NCBI GenBank assembly: GCA_963842525.1
Contig: CAWJGT010000003.1
Location: 608,001 to 672,000, forward strand
Length of the DNA: 64,000 nt
Origin: an uncultured Holophagales bacterium
GTDB taxonomy: Bacteria; Acidobacteriota; Thermoanaerobaculia; Multivoradales; UBA5704
Direction: 5' to 3'
Part shown: one piece after another, positions 38,801 through 49,872 of the stretch
Layout of the letters: each line of letters opens with the position of its first letter
Numbering within the stretch: the first letter of the stretch is position 1
Notes under the pieces: generated by a model
Told to the model about the DNA's origin: nothing
What the model saw: the letters and a program-made list of their open reading frames with translations, nothing else
Database searches by the model: none
Made by a program: the position numbers and the translations under genes

Positions 38801-41145
38801 CTTCCAACTCTCGGTATTGGCAGGTGGATTGCCGAGAACACGAATACTGTCCAACTGCTTCTTCTGCGCGGACCTGCCGAACAGTCCTTTCAGACCAAAG
38901 GGGCTCTTGCCCTCGGCGAGATTCCCCACAGCCTCCGCGAGCTCGATATCAAGCTCGATGCCTGCGGGGGTGGTAACCGGCCGCTCAAGAAATGCCTTGC
39001 GCCGGTCGACAGCCTGCTCAAGCTCGGCGCCGAGGGCTTCCAGAATCGACATCAGGTTGTCGTTTCCGCCGCACCGCAGCCGTTCGCGCATGGCGACCGT
39101 CCAGGGACGATGCGCCTGCGCTACCTCGTCGCGTAGGCGCTGAAGCGCTTCGATGTGCGTGAGGGTTTGCTGAGCGAGAACGAGCGTCTCCTGGGTCGAA
39201 TCGGCGAGCGCCGGAACGTCGCCATTCTCCACGCTCTGTTTCAGCTTTTCGAACTGGGACAAGTCCTGGTGGACTCCCAGCAGCGTCTTGGAGTCAGGAA
39301 ACTCCACGAGTTGCGGCAGCGATGCATCGAGGTAGTCGATGTCTTGGCCTAGAGCACGCCTTGCCTCCCGTAGCCGCATAACATCCGCGTCCAAGAACTG
39401 CGGGGCGAACTCGGGAGTGATTCCAAGCGTGTCGGGAATCCATTCGAATTGGTCCGAGATTCCCGACCACATCGCGCGCCGCGTCTTGAGGGTCGATCTC
39501 CTCGGTTTCAAGCGTGATCTTGGCGAGGTTCCTCTGTGCCCATTCACCAATCTTACGGTCAATGCTGGCAAGCCTGCCATGGAGGGCATCAATGGATTCC
39601 TCAAGATGGTTGATGGCCCTTGCGGTGCTTCCGCGGTCGAGGCCCTGCACCTCGGAGGCAATCTTCTGGATGGCGTGCTCGAATTGCTTCATGCCCTCCT
39701 GTTCGCTCGTCAACAGCGAAATGGCGAGCGGGCGGATTTCTTCGGGAAGCTTTCCTGCAGCACCCCCAATGCCGGGTCCTTCATCGAGGTCACGAGCACA
39801 CGCTTGCCTTCGGCTAAGTAGTGGCAGATGACGTTAGCGATGGTGTGCGTCTTGCCCGTGCCAGGCGGACCCTGCACAACGACGCCATCGGAAATATCCA
39901 ACAGCTGGATGATGCGGACCTGCTCGTCGTTGAAGGGCTTGGGGAAGTAGAGGTCGCGCGCCTTCTTGCCGCTCGTGCTGGGCTCGGAGTGGTATAAGGC
40001 GGAGACACCACGGAAGGGTGGCAGTTCGACGACCGGGTTGGTGGTGTCCGGGTCGGTCACGACTGCGGCCACCGCAGGCGGGTAGGCCTCGGCTTCTTCG
40101 GCTTGTTTCTTCAGCTTTTCCAGGTCCTGCAGAAACAGGCTGTTGGTGCGCGGACGTGCAAAGAGCACCCATGTGTCGGTGACTTTAAGCTTGTCGTCCG
40201 CCTTGGGTAGCGTCCGGTCTTCCGCCGGCACTTCGTTTGGCCAGTAGATACCGTTCGCGTCGAGGTTGGTAACCGCCGTGCGAAGCAGAGGCTCGAAGGT
40301 GCCGCGGTCGAACGGTGAAAAGGTTGTCGTAGCTTTCTCGAAGAACTCCTTCGCCGCCTTCTCCAGATCGGCAACGCCAGGGTTGTCGACAGATGCATAC
40401 CAGTCGACCTCAATGCGAGCATCGACATCCCGCGGCCGGATTTCCACTTCGGCCGTCACGGGGTTGAGCGACATCTCGACCAGACGTCCTACCACCGGAT
40501 AGCTCACGGTAGCGCCATTGGAGTTCCAGATGCCGAGGCCCACGCCCCAGACGAGCTCGAGTTGCGCTTCGACAATGCCGCCCTCGAGCTGCTGCTTGAG
40601 CGTGAAGAGCTGGGAGTAAAGGCGGATGGTCTTGCGGCGGAACTTCTCCTCCTCGGCCCAGGGGCGCCACTTCGTGTCGAGGTAGGTGACGAACTGGGCC
40701 TTGACCAGGGCGGACTTGTCGTAGTCGGGGAGCATGACCGTCGTCTTGGGGGCGATAACAGGTTTGCCTTGCTCAGGTGGTCTTAGGACGATGAACAATG
40801 CGTGCCCGCTGCAATCAGGCTTACGCCGTCCACGGCCTCCCGTAGCCGCGGCTCTTCCGTTGGCCCCTGCGTCATCTGCACCCAGGGTCGCAGCACCGCG
40901 CTGGTAATATCCGGCGGCCTTGTCTCGTGCAGTCGCTCAACGGAAAGCCAAACCTCGTCCTCGCTCTCGGAGCCATTGACGTTTATCCGGATGCCCGGCA
41001 ACCCTCGGATCTCGTGCTCGTAGAGAGCGAAAAGACCGTGTGCGGCAACGGAAGTAGGTGGCTTGCCCCGCAACCGCGCGGACTGCTGAGCGAATTCGAT
41101 AAGAGAGAGAAGCCGATTTCCTTCAATACTCATGATACTTCCCAT
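35805..41145 (-). CDS. Large SF1 (UPF1/Dna2-like) helicase with C-terminal DUF559/Vsr-like nuclease; several frameshifts
   Basis: VQGPPGTGKT, IDEASQ, GDDKQ, EHFRC, FQGKERD, RFNVAASRARD, ESPFE...YRIDMVV...AVECDG...RQRVLERAGW; lower GC than flanks. Confidence 0.85.
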
Positions 41146-41261
41146 GTCATGGCCGGGGCATACATACTATAGCATTCTTACCTGTCGCCAGCATCGCGCG
41201 TCAGGTTGGGTCCAAACCCCGTCGACCCGCGACGGCGGTAAACAGACACCACGGGAATTTG

Positions 41262-41681
41262 TCAGACTTCAAGCAGTGGACAGCACGTATCAATCTGCAT
41301 TTCACGGAGCCTGAGGGCAAAGCCGCGATCCGTTGTAATCACGGTTGCACCCAACCGGCGTGCCAGGACTGCGTACATCATGTCGTAGACGCTGTGCCGG
41401 CCCTGGGCGGCCGCGACCAACGCCTCTGGCGCCAGCGTGCGTTCGGGAACCAGGCTGTCTACGAGCCCCATACACTCCTCAAACCGGGTAAGGGCAAGGT
41501 CCAGAGGAAGAGTGCCTCCACGGATGTACTTCCAGAGCGAGTTTGCGACCTCGGAGCAGTAGAGATCTGGAGTAGAGACGATGGACGCCTCGTCGAGCTT
41601 CGTGGCCAGATAGGATGCGTGCTCCCCATTCAGGACGAGGCGCACGGCAGCGGAGGCGTCAAGAACCGCGCGGGTCGTCAA
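41262..41681 (-). CDS. vapC: PIN-domain toxin
   Basis: VLDASA, SEVANSLW, HSVYDMMYAVLA, TTDRG. Confidence 0.9.
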   Translation of the reverse strand: MTTRAVLDASAAVRLVLNGEHASYLATKLDEASIVSTPDLYCSEVANSLWKYIRGGTLPLDLALTRFEECMGLVDSLVPERTLAPEALVAAAQGRHSVYDMMYAVLARRLGATVITTDRGFALRLREMQIDTCCPLLEV

Positions 41682-41923
41682 CGCTCCCGGTCCACGCGGA
41701 TGAGACCCTCGGGCGCGGGGGAGAGCTGGCTCAGCGGCTCTGTCTCGATCCTCGCCTTCAGGTTCTTCAGGATCTCGCGCCGGCGTTCTCTCGCCGTGAA
41801 CTCGGGGATCCGGCGCAGCTCCACGATAGCCTGCTGCGCCAGGCTTCGGTGCTCGGCCTGTGCTCGGAACGCCAGTGCCTCATAGACGTCGTCGGGCAGA
41901 TCGCGTATCTGGAGAGATGGCAT
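41678..41923 (-). CDS. RHH (FitA/VapB-like) antitoxin
   Basis: MPSLQIRDLPDDVYEALAFRAQAEHRSLAQQ; 4-bp overlap with vapC. Confidence 0.85.
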   Translation of the reverse strand: MPSLQIRDLPDDVYEALAFRAQAEHRSLAQQAIVELRRIPEFTARERRREILKNLKARIETEPLSQLSPAPEGLIRVDRER

Positions 41924-41985
41924 ACGTGAAGCTCCTCAGTCTTCATCATAGTGCATGCGTTTCGCAGTAGCAAACAGCGCAAGGA

Positions 41986-42669
41986 CTACGAGGTGAGGGC
42001 CCGCCGCCGCAGGTCCCGGTTGCGGCGCCGCTCCGCCTCCTTCCGTGTCCGGCTCGCCGCCCAGGAGCAGATGGGGCAGACGTCCAGGTCGTGGTAGAGG
42101 GCCGGGCAATATTCACGGCCAAAGTAGATGATCTGGAGGTGGGCCTTTCCCCAGGTCTCCTCGGGGAAGACCTTCTTGAGGTCTTTCTCGTTCCTCTCGA
42201 CGCTCTTGCCGTTCGATAGGCCCCAGCGGGCGGCCAGCCGGTGGATGTGGGTATCCACTGCAAATGCGGGGAGCCCGAAGGCCTGGTTGAGGACCACCGA
42301 GGCGGTCTTGTGGCCGACCCCGGGCAGCCTCTCGAGCTCTTCGAGCGTCCGCGGCACCTGCCCGCCGTGCTCGGCCACCAGGATTTCCGAGAGGCGCTTC
42401 AGGTTCTTCGCCTTCCCACCGGAGAGGCCGATCCTGCGGATCAGCGACTGGATCTCGACGGCCTCCAGGGCCGCCATCTGCTGCGGGGTCGAGGCGCGGG
42501 CGAAGAGGTCCGGCGTCACCTGGTTGACCAGTTTGTCCGTGGTCTGAGCCGAAAGGACCACGGCCACCAGGAGCGTGAAGGGATCTCGGTGGTCGAGGGG
42601 GATGTCGACCTCCGGGTACAGCTCGTCCAGGATCGCAAGGATGCGCCGCGCCTTCTCCCGCTTCGTCAT
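41986..42669 (-). CDS. nth: Endonuclease III
   Basis: LLVAVVLSAQTTD, LPGVGHKTA, AVDTHIHR, C-terminal Cys cluster. Confidence 0.95.
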   Translation of the reverse strand: MTKREKARRILAILDELYPEVDIPLDHRDPFTLLVAVVLSAQTTDKLVNQVTPDLFARASTPQQMAALEAVEIQSLIRRIGLSGGKAKNLKRLSEILVAEHGGQVPRTLEELERLPGVGHKTASVVLNQAFGLPAFAVDTHIHRLAARWGLSNGKSVERNEKDLKKVFPEETWGKAHLQIIYFGREYCPALYHDLDVCPICSWAASRTRKEAERRRNRDLRRRALTS

Positions 42670-42724
42670 GGCGGCGCACTTTTATCACATCCGGGGAGAT
42701 TCGTCGCTTGAAGCGTTACGTACT

Positions 42725-42961
42725 TTACCTCTTTGGTGCCGCAAAGGGATCCTCGACGTGAGCTGCGGCCTGGGCGGCGGTCAGCTTGCCCTTGCGCGTC
42801 GTCGAGGCGAAAAATTCGCAGAGCGTTTGCAGGGTCAAAAAACAGTCGCCCAGGGCCGCTTGCCGCACGATTTCCCGCGCCCTCTCCTGCTGCTCTCCGG
42901 CATCCGCGTCGACCGTATAGAACAGGATGTTGGAATCGAGACTGAGTCGCTCAACGCTCAT
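42725..42961 (-). pseudogene. Truncated PIN-domain toxin
   Basis: LDSNILFY and QTLCEFF present; ends after about 78 aa without the C-terminal acidic motifs. Confidence 0.7.
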
Positions 42962-43208
42962 GCAGCTCATCCCGCGAAGGGGCTCGGCCGCCGAGGTGGT
43001 GGCTCTGGTTGAGGAGGCGTTCCAATGCGGCTTCCTGCGCCGCGCTTAGAGACCGCTCCTGCCGGGGCAATGGAGAGAGAAGCGCCACGGGTTTGCCGCG
43101 TCGGGTAATGACGATCCGCTCTCCGGCCTCCGCGGCCTTCACATAGCGGGTTAGATTTTGATTGACTTCCCGCAGGCTCACTCTTTGTTCCATGAGATCC
43201 TCCAGCAA
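42951..43208 (-). CDS. Phd/YefM antitoxin
   Basis: VSLRE...AGERIVITRRGKPVALL. Confidence 0.9.
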   Translation of the reverse strand: MLEDLMEQRVSLREVNQNLTRYVKAAEAGERIVITRRGKPVALLSPLPRQERSLSAAQEAALERLLNQSHHLGGRAPSRDELHER

Positions 43209-43417
43209 CGGGCAATTGTAGCACGTAGAACATCGGAGAACCTCGAAGGGGAGCCCGCTGTGCTTTGAGCAGATCCTCCCGGCTTGGCCCTGGCCGTGTT
43301 ACACTCCTATGTCATTCCATCCGCCCGGCACGCTGCACGGCTCGGCCCAGGCCCGACGCGAAGCGCGAGTTGCACAATCAGACCATGACGATCACCACCC
43401 TGGTGGAGCGCTGATCC

Positions 43418-44719
43418 ATGAAGGGCAGGCACAGTCTCCTGGCGCGGCAGATCCGCAGTCACTTCGGGAGCGAGGACGCGGTGCCCGAGCCCTGCCGCTC
43501 CTTGCTCGACGCGGTCGATGCCGCCTACCGCCAGTGGGACGCCGACCGCGCGATGCTCGAGCGCTCCATGGAGCTGAGCTCCGAAGAGCTGATGCAGGCA
43601 AACGCGGCCCTGCGGCAGTCGCTGTCGCTCCTCCAGGCCACCCTCGAATCCACGGCCGACGGCCTCCTGGTGGTCGACCTCCAGGGCCGGATCGTCACCT
43701 TCAACCGGCGGTTCGCCGAGATGTGGCAGATCCCGGACGAGCTGTTGCAGTCCGGGGAGGACGAAAAAGCGATCGCCTTCGTTCTCGACCAACTCGCGAA
43801 ACCCGAGGTGTTCGTCAACAGGGTCCGGGAGCTCTACGCGCAGCCCGATGCGGAAAGCCAGGACGTCCTGGAATTCAAGGATGGCCGGGTCTTTGAGCGC
43901 TATTCGCAGCCGCAGCGGATCGGCGGCCAGGGCGTGGGCCGGGTCTGGAGCTTCCGGGACGTGACCGAGAGACGGCGCGCCGAGGAGGAGCGGGCGCGGC
44001 TGCAGGTCATGGGCGCCCTGGGCCATCTCGTCGGCGGGCTCGCCCACGAGGTGCGCAACCCGCTGTTCGCCATCTCGGCCACCCTCGACGCCATGCTGTC
44101 GACCCTCGACGTCTCGCCGCAGGACGAGGAGCTGCGCCGGACCCTCGACTATCTCCGCGAGCCGACCACCCGGCTGACCGAGCTGATGTCCGAGCTGCTC
44201 GAGTACGGCAAGCCGTTCGGCGGACATCTGTGCCGGGGCTCGCTCGCGCAGGTCATCTGCCAGGCGGTCACGGACTGCCAGGCCCTGGCTGATGCCCGGG
44301 GGGTCCACCTCACCACCCGGCTCGGCGATCCGGAGCTGGCCGTCGGCATGATCCGCCCGCGCCTCGTGACCGCGCTGACCAACCTGATCCAGAACGCCAT
44401 CCAGCACACTCCGCGAGGGGGGACGGTGCTCGTCGAAATGGTCGAGGTCGTGGAAGGCGACCGCGCCTGGGTCCGTTGCACGTTCCAGGACTCCGGCACA
44501 GGCTTCCGGGAGGAAGACCTCGCGAAGATCTTCGAGCCCTTCTTCACCCGCCGGAAGGGCGGCACCGGGCTGGGGCTGTCGATCGTCCAGCGGATCGCCG
44601 AAGAGCAGAGAGGCTGCATCCGGGCGGGAAACCGTCCCGAGGGCGGCGCGATCCTGACCCTCGATCTCCCGCCGTGGAGAGAGCCGGCCGGCTCCTCAGG
44701 CGTCCTGCAAGAGGGCTGA
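43418..44719 (+). CDS. PAS sensor histidine kinase
   Basis: PAS domain (ESTADGLLVVD), AHEVRNPL, NLIQNA, DSGTG, GTGLGL. Confidence 0.95.
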   Translation: MKGRHSLLARQIRSHFGSEDAVPEPCRSLLDAVDAAYRQWDADRAMLERSMELSSEELMQANAALRQSLSLLQATLESTADGLLVVDLQGRIVTFNRRFAEMWQIPDELLQSGEDEKAIAFVLDQLAKPEVFVNRVRELYAQPDAESQDVLEFKDGRVFERYSQPQRIGGQGVGRVWSFRDVTERRRAEEERARLQVMGALGHLVGGLAHEVRNPLFAISATLDAMLSTLDVSPQDEELRRTLDYLREPTTRLTELMSELLEYGKPFGGHLCRGSLAQVICQAVTDCQALADARGVHLTTRLGDPELAVGMIRPRLVTALTNLIQNAIQHTPRGGTVLVEMVEVVEGDRAWVRCTFQDSGTGFREEDLAKIFEPFFTRRKGGTGLGLSIVQRIAEEQRGCIRAGNRPEGGAILTLDLPPWREPAGSSGVLQEG

Positions 44720-46282
44720 GAGCCTGTGAAAAAATCCCGGTAAGCGGTTCGTAGCGGAGCGTATCCATGAGATACTTACTGCATGAGCGACACTCTGTTC
44801 CCTATCCTGCGCCGGAAGTGAGTGCTGAGCCGCAAAGCGAAAGGGGTTCCTCGTTTGGTGGTTCTAACGGTCGCAGATGGAACTGCGCGTGGACCTGGAA
44901 AGTCTTCTGCCGCCGGATCACGTTGCGCGTGCGTCTGGGAGTTCGTGGAGTCCTGGATCTGAGCCCTCTGTACGCGGAGGTGCAATCGGTGGAGGGGGGT
45001 GCGGCGTCAGCCATCGACCCGCGGATCTACATGGCCTTATGGTTGTACGCACGATTGAGGGCGTGGGCAGCGCGCGAGCCTGGAGCGTCTGACGCTTCAA
45101 CACGATGCGTATCGGTGGATCTTGGGGGGTGTATCGGTGAACGACCACTCTTTGTCGGACTTTCGGGTGCAGCACGAGGAATTTCTCGATCAGGTGCTGA
45201 CGCAGAGCGTGGCGGTGTTGATGGAGCAGAAGCTGGTGACACTGAACCGTGTGTCGCAGGACGGCATCCGTGTGCGTGCCAGTGCCGGTGCGGCCTCGTT
45301 TCGGCGTCAATCGAGTCTGGAGCGCTGTCTACAAGAGGCACAGGAGCAGGTGAACGCCTGCGCGAGGAGCTGGAGAAAGACCCGGAGGCGACGAATCGTC
45401 GTCAGACGGCAGCCCGGCAGCGCGCGGCGGAGGACCGCCAGCATCGGGTCAAGGCGGCGTTGGCGCAGATGGCAGAGGTTGCGGCCAAGAAGCCAGCGGA
45501 GAAGAAAGACCAGGCGCGGGTGTCGACGACGGATGCCGAGGCACGGGTGATGAAGATGGGGGATGGAGGATTTCGTCCAGCGTACAACGGTCAGTTTTCG
45601 GTCGACGCCGAGACGCAGATCGTGGTGGGAGTGGATGTCAGCAACAGCGGCAGCGATCAGGGTCAGTTGGTGCCGATGCTGGAGCAACTGGAAGAGCGCT
45701 ATGAAGTGATTCCGCCAGAGAGCTTGGTCGATGGTGGTTTTGCCGGTTTGAAAGATATCGAGAAGGCCAGCGAGTTGGGCACCACGGTCTATGCGCCGGT
45801 CGCCAAGCCGAAGGACAAGACGCGCGATCCGTATGTGCCTCTGTCGACCGATTCACCGGCAATCGCGCAGTGGCGCCAACGCATGGGCACACCGGAGGCC
45901 AAAGAGATCTACAAGCAGCGGGCGTCGAGCGTGGAATGTGTCAACGCTCTGGCTCGCAACCGCGGGCTGCAACGTCTGTTAGTGCGAGGCCTGCACAAGG
46001 CCCGAGCGGTGCTGCTTTGGTTCGCCATTGCCCACAACCTGATGCGCACCCTCTCGCTGGGCGCGGGCTGCGTCGCATCGGCATAAAGGTCAGGGCCTCG
46101 CGGCGAAAAGGAGGGTAATTCCCCTGTCCAAGTCTGTTTTCGACCGCTTGTCGCTGCCTTAGCTCGCGTCGGATACGATGTGGCCCCTGACCGCGCACGC
46201 TTTAGGATACCTCACATCTATTATGCGCCTTGTTACCGCCCTCCGCCTTCCAATCTCGGACCCGCGATTCCTTCACAGCCTC
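44720..46282 (+). mobile_element. IS1182-family insertion sequence
   Basis: Imperfect IRs GAGCCTGTGAAAAAATC and GATTCCTTCACAGCCTC; TGA direct repeats at 44717-44719 and 46283-46285. Confidence 0.85.
44783..46086 (+). CDS. IS1182-family transposase (frameshifted)
   Basis: DLESLLPPDH, QDGIRVRASAG, STTDAEARVMK, PAYNGQ, VDGGF, YKQRASSVE. Confidence 0.85.
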
Positions 46283-46657
46283 TGAGACCACCTCGGCGAT
46301 GGTCGGCAGCGGCTGGGGTTTGTGCAGGACGGCGTGCACGCCGCGCCGCCGGGCTTCCAGCTCCACCTCGGACGAGCCATAGGCGGTCAGGAGGATCACC
46401 TTGGTGTCCGGCGCGATCCGTCGCACGGCGGAGATGATCTCCAGCCCTTCCGTGCCGGAGCTGCCGCTGAGCCGCAGGTCGGCGATCACCACGGCATAGT
46501 GCTCTCGGGCCAGCAGCTCCTCCGCCTCTTCCTGGACCCGGGCCGTATCGACCGTAAAGCCCTGCCGGCCGAAGAACAGCTCGAGGGCGAAGAGGATCGC
46601 CGGTTCGTCCTCGACGATGAGGAGCCGCTTCTGCATCGCGTCGTCCTCCATGCTCAA
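46202..46657 (-). CDS. Single-domain response regulator; C-terminus altered by the IS
   Basis: LLIVEDE, ADLRL, LLTAYG, HKP. Confidence 0.9.
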   Translation of the reverse strand: MSMEDDAMQKRLLIVEDEPAILFALELFFGRQGFTVDTARVQEEAEELLAREHYAVVIADLRLSGSSGTEGLEIISAVRRIAPDTKVILLTAYGSSEVELEARRRGVHAVLHKPQPLPTIAEVVSEAVKESRVRDWKAEGGNKAHNRCEVS

Positions 46658-47844
46658 CGCCCGTTCAGATACTCGACGGCCCGCTTGAGCCCGCCGAGGG
46701 TCAGGTCCTCCATGCGGAAGACCTCGGCGATCTTGTGGAGGGTGAAGTTGCCATAGGCGCCACCCCAGCTCTCCTGGGGGATGGGGTTGAGCCAGACCGT
46801 ATGGCGGAACCGGTCGCGCAGGCGCTGGAGCCAGACCAGGCTCGGCTCAGCATCCTCGGCCAGGTAGTCGATCGAGCCCCGGCGGGCGAACAGCTCCTCC
46901 GGCGCCATCGAGGCGTCGCCCACGATCAGCAGGCGCGTATCGGGCTTGCGTTTCAGCAGCTCCTCCGTGGGCAGCGGATCCCAGCGTTGCGGATCCTTGT
47001 AGACCTTCCCATAGACCGTGTTATGGAAGAAGTATACGTCACAACGCTTGAACCGGTCCCGCAGCTTGCCGAAGAGGAGACGGGTGAGGGAGACCCAGGG
47101 GAGCATGGAGCTGCCGCCGTTGTCGATCAGCAGCACCACCTCGATGCGGTCGAGCAGGTCGCGGCGGAAGACGAGGTCGATCTCGCCGCCGTTCCTGGCG
47201 CTCTGGTAGACCGTCTCGTCGACGTCGAGCTGGTCGCGGGGGCCCGCGGGCGCCAGGCTCTTCAAGGTGGCGAGCGCCTGGGCGACGTTGCTGCCGTGCA
47301 GGATGTTCTGGTCCGAATAGTCGACGTACCGCCGTTCGCCGATCACCTTGAGCGCGGAGCGGCCGCCTCCGGGGCCGTGGACCCGCACGCCTCCCTTGGC
47401 ATTGCCCGAGTGGCCGAAGGGTGAATTGCCGCCCGTGCCGACCCAGCGGCTGCCGCCGTGGTGGGCCTCCATCTGTTTCTTGAGCGTCTCCCAGAAGCGC
47501 TTCATCAGCTCCTCGGGCGGGAAGGTCCAGATCGCCTGCGGAGGCAGCTCACCCTTGCGCAGGGCCTCTTTGAGCCATTCGCGGAACTGCGGAGTGTCGA
47601 GCAGCTCGGGGTCACCTTCGGCCACCCGCGGCACGTCGATCCCGAAGAAGTGGAAGAGAAAGGCCCGTTCGTAGGCGTCCATCTGCTCGACACGCCGCAC
47701 GAAGCACAGCCGGGCGAACAGGAAGAGCGATTCCAAATCCGGCGCGAGCCCCTTCTCCAGCCCCTTGTAGAAGTCGATCGTGTCCGTCAGGCTGACCGGG
47801 ACGCCGTAGTCGCGCAGGCGGTAGAAGAAGTCGGTGAGGAACAT
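46654..47844 (-). CDS. VWA (CoxE-like) domain protein
   Basis: RWVGTGGNSPFG, IDNGGSSM, VGDASMAPEEL, WLNP. Confidence 0.85.
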   Translation of the reverse strand: MFLTDFFYRLRDYGVPVSLTDTIDFYKGLEKGLAPDLESLFLFARLCFVRRVEQMDAYERAFLFHFFGIDVPRVAEGDPELLDTPQFREWLKEALRKGELPPQAIWTFPPEELMKRFWETLKKQMEAHHGGSRWVGTGGNSPFGHSGNAKGGVRVHGPGGGRSALKVIGERRYVDYSDQNILHGSNVAQALATLKSLAPAGPRDQLDVDETVYQSARNGGEIDLVFRRDLLDRIEVVLLIDNGGSSMLPWVSLTRLLFGKLRDRFKRCDVYFFHNTVYGKVYKDPQRWDPLPTEELLKRKPDTRLLIVGDASMAPEELFARRGSIDYLAEDAEPSLVWLQRLRDRFRHTVWLNPIPQESWGGAYGNFTLHKIAEVFRMEDLTLGGLKRAVEYLNGR

Positions 47845-47866
47845 GGGGCCGGCTCCCGCCGCTCCT

Positions 47867-48694
47867 TCAGTGCACCACCCGCGGACGCTTGCCGCCGCTG
47901 CGGAAGCTCAGGATGTCTTCGGTCCTCTTGAGCAGCGTGCCGACGAAGGGAACCTTGAGCCGCTCCGGGGTGACGCGGGCATGCTGGAGGGCGGAGAGCC
48001 AGTTGAGGAGCTCGCTGGTGGCCGGAGGCTTCTCGAAGCCGCGCTGGCGCAGCTCGTAGAAGATGCCGAGGGCGGCGTCGAGGAGCCCCTGCTCGATGTC
48101 GGGGAAGTGGAGATGGACGATCTCCCGCATCTGGTCCGGGGTGGGGAAGGCGATGTGGTGGCAGAAGCAGCGGCGCAGGAAGGGATCGGACAGCTCTCGC
48201 TTGGCGTTCGAGGTGATGACGATGAACGGCCGCAGTTCGGCTTTGACTGTCTCGTTGACCTCGCGGATGGTGAACTGGCAATCCTCCAGCACGTCCAGGA
48301 GGTTGTCCTGCACGTCGGACTCGGTCTTGTCGATCTCGTCGAGGAGGAGCACCACCCGCTCTTCGGCCCGGAAGGCGCGGCCGATCGGTCCCCAGGTCAC
48401 ATAGTCGTGAAAGCGGTTGACGTTCCGTCCCGTTCCGTCGATCCCGAAACGGGCGTCGTTCAGCCGGAGCACGGTGTCCTGGACGTAGCAGGACTCCTCG
48501 CCCTTGATCGTCGACTTGCACCGCAGCACCTCGATGGGCATGCCGAGCGCGCGGCTGATCTCGAAGGCGAGCTGCGTCTTGCCTGTCCCCGCCTCGCCGG
48601 TCAGCAGCAGGGGCTTTTCGAGGACGAGGGCCATGTTGACGATCGACCCGAGCTCGGGGTCGAGGTAGTAACGGTCGGTGCCCTGGAATTCCAT
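47867..48694 (-). CDS. MoxR family AAA+ ATPase
   Basis: PLLLTGEAGTGKT, LLDEIDK, TSNAKRELSDPFLRRC. Confidence 0.9.
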   Translation of the reverse strand: MEFQGTDRYYLDPELGSIVNMALVLEKPLLLTGEAGTGKTQLAFEISRALGMPIEVLRCKSTIKGEESCYVQDTVLRLNDARFGIDGTGRNVNRFHDYVTWGPIGRAFRAEERVVLLLDEIDKTESDVQDNLLDVLEDCQFTIREVNETVKAELRPFIVITSNAKRELSDPFLRRCFCHHIAFPTPDQMREIVHLHFPDIEQGLLDAALGIFYELRQRGFEKPPATSELLNWLSALQHARVTPERLKVPFVGTLLKRTEDILSFRSGGKRPRVVH

Positions 48695-48761
48695 GCCGTG
48701 GTCTCTCCGTGGTCCTGCGGCCTTTCGGCCGGGGGGAGAGCATAACAGTCCCCTCGGTGCA

Positions 48762-49779
48762 TCACCCCGGCGCTCCGATCCCCAGCTCCTCGCGGAGCCG
48801 GCTCGCCAGTCTGCCGCCCTCCTCGATCCAGCCGCGGACCTCGTCGCCTCCGGCTCCCAGCAGCGCCTCGGGGCCGCTGCGCAGCTTCGCAATGAGAGGG
48901 AGGTAGGCCGGGAGGTGGTGCTCGATCCAGGCGGCTGGCACCTCCTCGGTGTCCAGGAGATCGATCTCTTCGAGCCCGGCCCGGGACCGCAGGCCGAGCT
49001 CCACGCCTTCGCGGAGTGAGGGGAGCGCTTCGACAGGAAATCCTCCGGAGGCGAGCACGGCGGCCATCCGGAGCTTGCGGTCGGCATTGCCGAAGGCCTC
49101 CCGCGCCCGGGCGAGCCGGCGCTCCCGTTCCTCGTCCTTCTCCTGGATTGGAGACTGGTGGAGCAGGCGGCGGCCTTCGGCGGTGAGCTGGAGGATTCCC
49201 GCGGCGGCGAGACGCTCGATCGCCTCGAAGGTGGAACGGTCGATCAGCTCCAGGGAAAGGGGGGTAGAAGTTTGGTCGATCCGCTCCTGGAAGAGGGCTT
49301 CCACCCGGGAGCGTTCGGCGGTGGCGCCGCGGTCGACGACCGCCAGGAGCAGGCACCTCCGGCTCCTCGCCGGTGCGGCGCAGGAAAATCTCGATGCGGG
49401 AGCTCTGGGGCCGCGCTCCGCGGGCCTTTTCGAGCCGCGTCTCGATCTGCGCCAGGACCGCCTCGACGTGCTTGCAGGTCCCCAGGCCGTTGACCTGATG
49501 ATCGGGACAGCCGCAGGAGTTGTCCCGGCGCGTCAGGGATCGGATCTCGACCTCGTATGCGCCGCGCCCGCCAGAAGCCACCTGGAAGGTCCCGAACACG
49601 GGGTGCTCCGGCTCGATGGCTTCGCAGGTCAGCGGCTCGCTCGCCGCCCGTTGCTGCCGCCGCTCGATCTCTTCCTCGTTCGTGGTGCGCCAGCCCCGGG
49701 AGCGGGCAGGGCGCTCGATCACCCGCTGGGCCTTGGCGCCGCGAGGCGGGTCGTCCTGACGTCTCGAAGTCGCTCGCAT
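48762..49779 (-). pseudogene. SWIM zinc-finger/SNF2-type gene remnant with internal deletion
   Basis: NSCGCPD...LGTCKHVEAVL SWIM motif joined to a C-terminal helical segment; no helicase motifs. Confidence 0.55.
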
Positions 49780-49872
49780 GGCGGATCTTTTACCACAAGA
49801 TGCGCCCTCGGTTCTCGGCAGATGACACCGCTCCCAGGAGAGCTCGTCGCGGCATACAATCCTGGGCTCGCC

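Noticed and set aside
41150-41260. attC sites flanking the helicase gene
   Set aside because: No AAC...GTT hairpin with attC geometry seen on either side.
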